From: Squalus acanthias
Taxonomy: Eukaryota
Direction of reading: 5' to 3'
Assembly: GCA_030390025.1 (NCBI GenBank)
Contig: CM059431.1
Span: 101,930,001 to 101,994,000, forward strand
Length of the DNA stretch: 64,000 nucleotides
In this document: positions 56,365 through 64,000 of the stretch, piece after piece
Layout of the letters: each line of letters opens with the position of its first letter
Numbering within the stretch: the stretch's first letter is position 1
Position numbers and translations under genes: made by a program
Notes under the pieces: model-generated
What the model was told of the DNA's origin: nothing
Database searches by the model: none
The model's input: the letters and a program-made list of their open reading frames with translations, nothing else

Positions 56365-56982
56365 GGAGGATCTGTGGGTGGGGGGATCTGTGGGGGGGTT
56401 GGGGTGGGGGGATCTGTGGGGGGGTTGGGGCTGGGGGGGATCTGTGGGGGGGGGGGTTGGGGCTGGGGGGATCTGTGGGGGGGGGTTGGGGCTGGGGGGA
56501 TCTGTGGGGGGGGGTTGGGGCTGGGGGGATCTGTGGGGGGGGGTTGGGGCTGGGGGATCTGTGGGGGGGGGTTGGGGCTGGGGGGATCTGTGGGGGGGGG
56601 GTTGGGGCTGGGGGGATCTGTGGGGGGGGGTTGGGGCTGGGGGGATCTGTGGGGGGGGGGTTGGGGCTGTGGCTGTGGGGGGGGGATCTGTGGGGGGGGT
56701 TGGGGCTGGGGGGATCTGTGGGGGGGGGTTGGGGCTGGGGGGATCTGTGGGGGGGGGTGAGGCTGGGGGGATCTGTGGGGGGGGGTTGAGGCTGGGGGGA
56801 TCTGTGGGGGGGGGTTGGGGCTGGGGGGATCTGTGGGGGGGAGTTGGGGCTGGGGGGATCTGTGGGGGGAGGTTGGGGCTGTGGGAGGAGGTTGGGGCTG
56901 GGGGGAGGTTGGGGCTGTGGGGGGAGGTTGGGGCTGGGGGGATCTGTGGGCGGGTTGGGACTGGGGGGATCTGTGGGGGGGC
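56365..56982. repeat. G-rich minisatellite (~27-bp unit GGGGGATCTGTGGGGGGGGTTGGGGCT) in STK24 intron 1
   Basis: About 20 units with variable G-run lengths. Confidence 0.92.
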
Positions 56983-57243
56983 CTGAGACAGGCTGTGACG
57001 GTTCAGGGTGGGCTGTGATGGGACCGGGCTGTACTGACTCTTCTTTCCTTATGTTGCAGGCTTGGTCAGTCGGTGTCCCCCCAGGCGGGGAGGAGCTGTT
57101 GTGGTTGATTCAGGCCTGCTCTTCGCTCTTGATTCCTGGTCTTTGACGGGTTGGTGTCCCTCAGCCCCCGGCTTCTCTCTCAGCCCCAGGAGCCACTTCA
57201 CTCACTACCGAGCAGAGAAGGAATAACCGGCGGCAGTGGTGCC

Positions 57244-57285
57244 ATGGCTCACTCTCCGGTGCAGGCCGCTCTGCCCGGGATACAG
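57244..57285 (+). CDS. STK24: STK24/MST3 first coding exon (MAHSPVQAALPGIQ); exon spans 57060-57285
   Basis: Branch point tactgac, pyrimidine tract, tgcag| at 57059; Kozak GCCATGG; CAG|gtgaga donor; resembles human STK24 MAHSPVQSGLPGMQ; adjacent to SLC15A1 as in mammals. No further exon recognised in the window. Confidence 0.88.
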
Positions 57286-58889
57286 GTGAGAGATGGTGTG
57301 GGGCGGCAACACTGGGGAGAGGGGCAGCATCCTGGGCTGGTAACCAGGTCTTGGTGTTTGTAGCCGGGACCCGATCTCCTGGTGATTTCCGGTTGCAGCT
57401 CATTTCTCCTGGGCAGGGGACACAGTCTCGGAAGCTGTTGCCCTGTGGGTCCAGGAACACGGTGCTGGACCAGAAAATACCTGAGCTCTGGCTTTTGGAG
57501 GGTCCCCATGTTTTACTAGGGGTTAAAACAAACAACAACTTTTAACGTAGTAAAACGTTCCAGGTGCTTCACAAGCGTTATCAAACAAAATTTGACACTG
57601 AGCCCCATAAGGAGATATTAGGGCAGGTAAGAGGTAGGTTTTAAGGAGTGTTTTAAAGGAAGGAGGGACGAGGCCATGGAGAGATGAGAATTTTAAAACA
57701 CCGTCAGTGCTAGATTGTTAGATTAACCGCACTCCTTAAACTGTCCAATCCTTCATTAAATTGGCAAGTTTGTGATTCTTTACATTATCAGCAAAGAGTT
57801 AAAATATGGAAACTTTATATTTCAAAGATTTCATTCAGGTCTGCAGGAAACCTAAATTTAGACACACACACCTTCATTCTTGTATGTCTGTCTATATCAT
57901 CCCTGACTTTGTTACTTGACTATTCTGACGCTCTCCTGGTCGACCTCCCACTTTCTGGTTGGTAACCAGAGGACACAGATTTAAGGTAATTGGCAAAAGA
58001 ACCAGAAGGGAGATGAATTTTTTTTACGCAGCGAGTTGTTGTGATCTGGAATGCGCTGCCTGAAAGGGAGGTGGAAGCAGAATCAATAGTAACTTTCAAA
58101 AGGGAATTGGATAAACACTTGAAAAGGAAAACTTTGCAGGGGTTTGGGGAAAGAGCAGGGGGAGTGGGACTAATTAGATAGTTCTTCAAAGAGCCGGCAC
58201 AGGCACGATGGGCTGAATGGCCGCCTCCTGTGCTGTGAGATTCTACGATAGTAGGTACACGTGAGTTATATGCCACTGATGAATGCTGTGTTCTCACTAC
58301 ATAAGTAGCCACCCAGTGTTGCAAGTTCTGTGGCCGGTAATTTGCGGTCAGCGGCGAAGCAAAGGCGTTTGCCGCCGGCCCTGAAGTAAGCTTCCCACAA
58401 AGATCTCGCAGTCTCTGGCGAGAAGTTCGGCTTTTCCGAAGTGCAGTTGAAATCAGTGGAAGTTAATGGGGAATCCCTAACGCAAGCTGTTGTGATGTCA
58501 ACAAGCTGTCTAAGCAGCCAATTACAATGCAGAATTCTCATAGACCGAGAAAGTGAAGAAGCTCCTTTGATTCTAACCTTTTAAAAACAAGGAAATCAAC
58601 TTGCATTTATATAGCGCCATTAACGCAGTAAAATGTCCCAAGGCGCTTCACAGGAGTGTTATCAAACAAAATTTGACACCGAGCTACATAACATGATGTT
58701 AGGACAGGTTTTTAAGGAGTGTCTTAAAGGAGGTAGAGAGAGGTAGAGAGGCGGAGAGGTGTAGGGAGTGAATTCCAGAGCGTAGGGCCTCGGCAGCTGA
58801 AGGCACGGCCGGCGATGGAGGGGGCGAAGTAAATCGGTGATGTGCAAGAGGCCAGAGATCTCGGAGGGTTGTACGGCAAGCCTAAAATT

Positions 58890-59609
58890 GGCCCGGAATT
58901 TGCGGTCAGCGGCGAAGGCGCTTGCCGCTGGCGCCGAAGTAAGCTTCGCACAAAGATCTTGCCATCTCTGTGTCGAGAATTTCGGGTTTTCCAATGTGTA
59001 ATTCCAATCAATGAAGTATAATGGGAATCCCATAGCACGAACTGCTGTGACGTCAACAAGCTGTCTAAACAGCCAATCAAAACGCAGAGTTCTCACAGAC
59101 AGCGAACCAGGAAGTGGGTAAGCTCTTAAAAGTCTAACTTTTTAAAAATGTTAGAGAGAGCAAAACAAAGATTGGGGCTCTCACACGGGGAAAAGGCAAA
59201 CCTGAAATAAAGATGAACAAACTTTAAAAAAAAATAAACTTTTAAAAGTTTCTTAAATTTATCCATTTCAATAAAAATTAAAATTGACATTACACAAAAT
59301 TAAAATGAGTGCTTCAGGGCCATAATGTTTGTTTAGCAGTCAATACACTGTTAAAACCACAGTTACACCTAATCTAAAAGTGTCTAACATTTAATGGGGT
59401 ATTTAACAGTGATATTACCGCGGAAAAGCCCAAGTTTTCGTCAGTTTGTCTGATTGCCGGGGGTGGGGGCACAGTGCAGCGGAGCAGTGAATGACTGACT
59501 CGCAACTTCAGGAATTCCACGTTTAGATGCGCATGCGCTACATCCTGAAGTTGCGGTCAGTTTCAAAGGGGTAACAACAGCTGTTATTACCCACCGCAAA
59601 TTCTGGGCC
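58890..59609. mobile_element. Harbinger-like MITE (related partial copy at 58332-58590)
   Basis: TIRs GGCCCGGAATTTGCGGT / ACCGCAAATTCTGGGCC; AT-rich core. Confidence 0.7.
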
Positions 59610-61334
59610 TACAAACAAAGTATGTGAAAAGGAGCATTTTTGTCTCCATCTTGTGGCTGTTATTCACAGAGCGGTTTCGGTTTCCTGTACTGTGACACTG
59701 TGCTTGACATCTCAAATACTCAGTTTTGAAGTGATGCAACTTAGATGATGTGCCATTTGGCAAACTGCTATTGGAACTAGCGGAAGCATGCAGATTGCTG
59801 TCTGTAATTTCCCTTACATACTGTTCTGTCAGTTTCTGTGCTAAGTTAATTAATGAAGTACTACATTGGAAATAATAGCTAAGCTGCAAATTATTTACTT
59901 TTACAAGCAGCATTTCCCCAACAGTTTGGTAAATGGCATTGGTATGGTACGGTAACAAAGTTGCAGAGCAGGGACTCGTTGTGCAGCTGTATTGGGCTGC
60001 ACTGGCTGGTTTCCTGCCCTCTTTGACATACCTGCAAAAATCCAGTTCTGGAAAAACTGCAGATTCAAAATTAGGTTGACAGACAGCTTGCTTATTCAAC
60101 AGCAAGAACAACAACTTGAATTTATATAGCGTCTTTAACGTAGCACGATGCCAGTGTAGATTCATGTGACCTGGTGGCGATATTACAGCACTCTATAAAC
60201 GTTGACTTTATGCGGCCAAAGGACATTAATGTTATGACGACGAGGTATTGAATCTTCCTCTCCAATTGTTAATTATACCCTTGGCTGCAGATGAATTCAA
60301 GCGTGCAATTCCAAACGTCTTCCTTTTATTTTTTAGCCAGTTTATAAAACGCCTTTAACTATAAGCTGTTCCCCAGTGATTCAGTTATTAATACTTGGCA
60401 CGCTAAGAGCAGTTAGCCGGAAAGTCCAAAGGGTTGTATTCCCTGGAATTTAGAAGGTCAACTGGAGATTTGATGGAAGTTTTCAAGATATTAAGGGGAA
60501 CAGATGGAGTAGATAGAGAGAAACTATTTCCGCTGGTTGGGGAGTCTAGGACTAAGGGGCATAGCCTAAGAATTAGAGCCAGACCTTTCAGGAGTGAAAT
60601 TAGGAAACACTTCTACACACAAAAGGGTGGTAGAAATTTGGAACTCTCTTCCGCAAACGGCAATTGATGCTAGATCAACTGTTAATTTTAAATCTGAGAT
60701 TGATAGCTTTTTGTTAACCAAAGGTATTAAGGGATATGGGCCAAAGGCGGGTATATGGAGTTAGGTAGCAGATCAACCATGATCTCATCGAAGGGCGGAA
60801 CAGGCTCGAGGGGCTGAATGGCCTCCTCCTGTTCCTATAAACAACAAAAGACAGAAGATTTTACAAGTACAAATTAAGTTGCTGCTTGCTTTGTATTTAA
60901 TAGTACTTAATAACAAGTATTTAATGAATCTAGCATTCTTAGCTTTATTGCTACGTGCCGACAAAATGGTGGCAACTGAAACTAGACGGTCGGCGTGAAG
61001 GGCGAGGAGATGGGGCTGATAGTGGAATTGAGGGACTGAAAGCAGGAGTCCCAGCGGAGATTGCAAGTTGAATTTTCAGCGTCAGAGCCTTGCTGAATGG
61101 ACAGAGAGGCAGAGTTTTAACCTCTGAAGAGATTTGTAAGTTGGCTTGACACCAATGGTCTCTCTCATGACATTTCTTTGAGAAGCTAGTTATGCAGCTT
61201 CAAGGATTCCGTTGTTTTTATATGGCCACTGGTAATATCAAACTCGATATCCTATTTATAATAACAGTGCCCCTTCTGGAAATGATTTCATTTCCTACTT
61301 CGAGAGCAACATTCCAATGGCGGCAAGAGTAAAT

Positions 61335-63050
61335 CACAGAATGATACAGCACAGGAGGAGGCCATTCGGCCCATTGTGCCTGTGCCGGCTCTTTGAAAGA
61401 ACGATCCAATTAGTCCCACTCCCCCATGCTCTTTCCCCGTAGCCTGGCAAATTGTTCCCCTTCAAGTATTTATCTAATTCCCCTTTGAAAGCTACTGTTG
61501 AATCTGCTTCCACCGCCCTTTCAGGCAGCACATAAGGACATAAGAAATAGGAGCAGGAGTAGGCCATATGGCCCATCAAGCCCGCTCTGCCATTCAGTAA
61601 GATCATGGCTGGTCTAAGACCTCAACTCCACTTTCCCGCCATATCCCTTGATTCCCTTAGTGTCCAAAAATCTATCGACCTCAGTCTTGAATATACTCAA
61701 CGACTGAGCATCCACAGCCCTCTGGGGTAGAGAATTCCAAAGATTCACAACCCTTTGAGTGAAGAAATTCCTCCTCATCTCAGTCCTACATGGCCGACCC
61801 CTTATCCTGAGACTATGGCCTCTAGTTCTAGACTCTCCAGCCAGGGGAAACAACCTCTCAGCATCTACCCTGTCAAGCCCCCTCAGAATCTTTTATAATT
61901 CAATGAGATCACCCCTCATTCTTCTAAACTCCAGAGAGTATAGGCCCATTCTACTCAATCTCTCCTCATAGGACAGCCCTCTCATCCCAGGAATCTGGTG
62001 AACCTTCGTTGCACCCCCTCTAAGGCAAGTATATCCTTCCTTTGGTACAGAGACCAGAACTGTGCACAGTACTCCAGGTGTGGTCTCACCAAGGCCCTGT
62101 ACAATTGCAGTAAGACTTCCTTACTCTTGTACTCCAACCCCCTTGCAATAAAGGCCAACATACCATTTGCCTTCTGAATTGCTTGATGTGCCTGCATGTT
62201 AACTTTCTGTGTTTCGTGTACAAAGACACTAAGGTCCCTCTGAACACCAACATTTAATAGTTTCTCACCATTTAAAAAAAAAAATTGTTTTTCTATTCTT
62301 CCTACCAAAGTGAATAACCTCACATTTCCCCACATTATACTCCATCTGCCACCTTCTTGCCCACTCACTTAACCTGTCTGTCTGCATTCCAGATCATAAC
62401 TACTTGCTGTGTAAAATTCTTTGACATCACTTAACTCTGTGACTGCTTCTCTGACATCAAGTCCTGGGTAGAGTCCCCAGTTGCTGCTACTGCAGTGGTG
62501 AGCTGTGTCTACCTGCATATTGAGTGAGCATGATCTCAACACTAGTATCTATATAGAATCCTACAACACAGCAGGAGGCCACTTGGCCCATCGTGCCTGT
62601 GCCGGCTCTTTGAAAGAGCTCTCCAATTAGTCCCACTCCCCTGCTTTTTCTCCATAGCAAATTTTTCCTCTTTAAGTATTTATCCAATTCCCTTTTGAAA
62701 GTTACTATTGAATCTGCTTCCACCGCCCTTTCAGGCAGCGCATTCCAGATCACAACAACTCGCTGCATGAAAACAAAAATCTCATCTCCCCTCTGGTTCT
62801 TTTGCCAATTACCTTCAATCTGTGTCCTCTGGTTACCGACCCTCCTGCCACTGGAAACAGTTTCTCCCTATCTACACTATCAGAACCCTTCAGGATTTTG
62901 AACCCCTCTATCAAATTTCACCTTAACCTTCTCTGCTCTGTAAGGAGAACAAGCCCAGCTTCTCCAGTCTCTCCACGTAACTGAAGCCCCTCATCCCTGG
63001 TACCATTCTAGTAAATCTCCTCTGCACCCTCTCCATGGCCTTGACATCCG
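61335..63050 (-). mobile_element. Cluster of CR1 3' fragments
   Basis: Several minus-strand ORF2 C-terminal peptides and CR1 tails (61335-61528, 61530-62375, 62555-63050). Confidence 0.8.
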
Positions 63051-63237
63051 TGGATGATAAAATTCATAGCAGAGTTTTTACTTCAACGTGCAAGATGTTA
63101 TGTGGACCACTGGTAGTTACACCAGAACTAAAATCGGCATTTGCATATAAACACTTTGGGTGGGGGGGGCCCAAAAGAAAATCAGCTGTTCCAGTTTTAG
63201 GCTTTCTTTTTAGTCTGACTAATCCTGCATGTGTCAG

Positions 63238-63745
63238 CAACAACAACTTGTACAACAATACAGCGCCTTTAACGTAGTAAAACATCCCAAGGCGCTTCAC
63301 AGGATTGTTAGCAAAAATTTTTTTGACACCGAGCCATATAAGGAAGTATTAGGGCAGATGACCAAAAGCTTGGTTGAAGAGGTAGGTGCTAAGGAATGTC
63401 TTAAAGGAGGAAAGAGAGGTTTAAGGAGGGAATTCCTGAGCTTAGGGCCTAGGCAGCTGAAGGCCGCCTGCCAATTGTGGAGCGATTAAAATCGGGGATG
63501 TTCACAAGGCCAGAATAGGCGGAGCGCAGAGGTCTCGGGGGGGGGGGGGGGTCGGGGGGCTGGAAGAGATTACAGAGATAGAGAGGGGCGAGGCCATGGA
63601 GGGATTTAAAAACAAGGATGAGAATTTTAAAATCGAGGCGTTGCTCAACTGGGAGCCAATGTAGGTCAGCGAGCAACAGGAGTGATGGGTGAACGGGACT
63701 TGGTGCGAGTTAGGACACGGGCAGCCGAGTTTTGGATCACCAAGT
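63238..63745 (-). mobile_element. L2-type LINE 3' fragment
   Basis: LADLHWLPVEQRLDFKILILVFKSLHGLAP on the minus strand. Confidence 0.8.
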
Positions 63746-64000
63746 TTACGGTGAGTGTCCCTTGTAAATGTTGTCTGGTGGGAGATTCATTAGCTGTTGA
63801 AAAGCGGGTTCATGTTACAATATTTTAGTTGTGATTGTAGCTTTAAGATTAAATAGTGTATTGCAATTGGAGTAGACCGGTTTTGCAGCTGGACTGGAAG
63901 AGTAGATCCTTTGAATATTGGATATCCTCTCCAGTTTGCAAAATGTAATCACTTGCATTTTAAATATGGAACATAGTCTATATTAGAATTTTTTTTTAAT

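Noticed and set aside
55944..56986. Glycine-rich keratin- or cell-wall-like ORFs
   Set aside because: Translation of a G-run minisatellite with frame-breaking run lengths, inside STK24 intron 1.
59587..60165. 192-aa minus-strand ORF
   Set aside because: No recognisable domain or splice context; overlaps repeat ends; likely chance.

Overview
Repeat-rich vertebrate genomic DNA, very likely from a cartilaginous fish (shark-type HE1/V-SINE, Deu-SINEs, CR1, L2 and Penelope families). The + strand carries the last 12 coding exons of the H+/peptide transporter SLC15A1 (PEPT1; 811-28846, all introns GT-AG and in phase). About 27 kb downstream are the CpG-island promoter, a non-coding exon and the first coding exon (MAHSPVQAALPGIQ) of STK24/MST3, the same neighbour and order as in mammals. 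The introns and the intergenic gap hold many mobile elements. These include a near-intact 4.5 kb Gypsy LTR retrotransposon (194-bp LTRs with 1 mismatch, 5-bp TSD, unbroken 1316-aa Gag-Pol), a 4.2 kb Harbinger transposon (spliced Myb/SANT gene plus frameshifted transposase), a 3.3 kb Neptune-type Penelope element, hammerhead-ribozyme-bearing Penelope remnants, MITEs, a near full-length CR1 and three minisatellites. The most interesting signal is in the Gypsy element. It has no tRNA primer-binding site; the 11 nt after its 5' LTR are instead perfectly complementary to AGTTGATTAAA inside its own LTR. The same motif sits at the same place in an otherwise dissimilar solo LTR at 3213-3440, which points to a tRNA-independent self-priming lineage. 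The element also has a YLDN reverse-transcriptase motif and a duplicated PPT/U3 start. Repeat boundaries were read by eye and are approximate unless a TSD is quoted; family names and protein comparisons are from memory, not from database searches.
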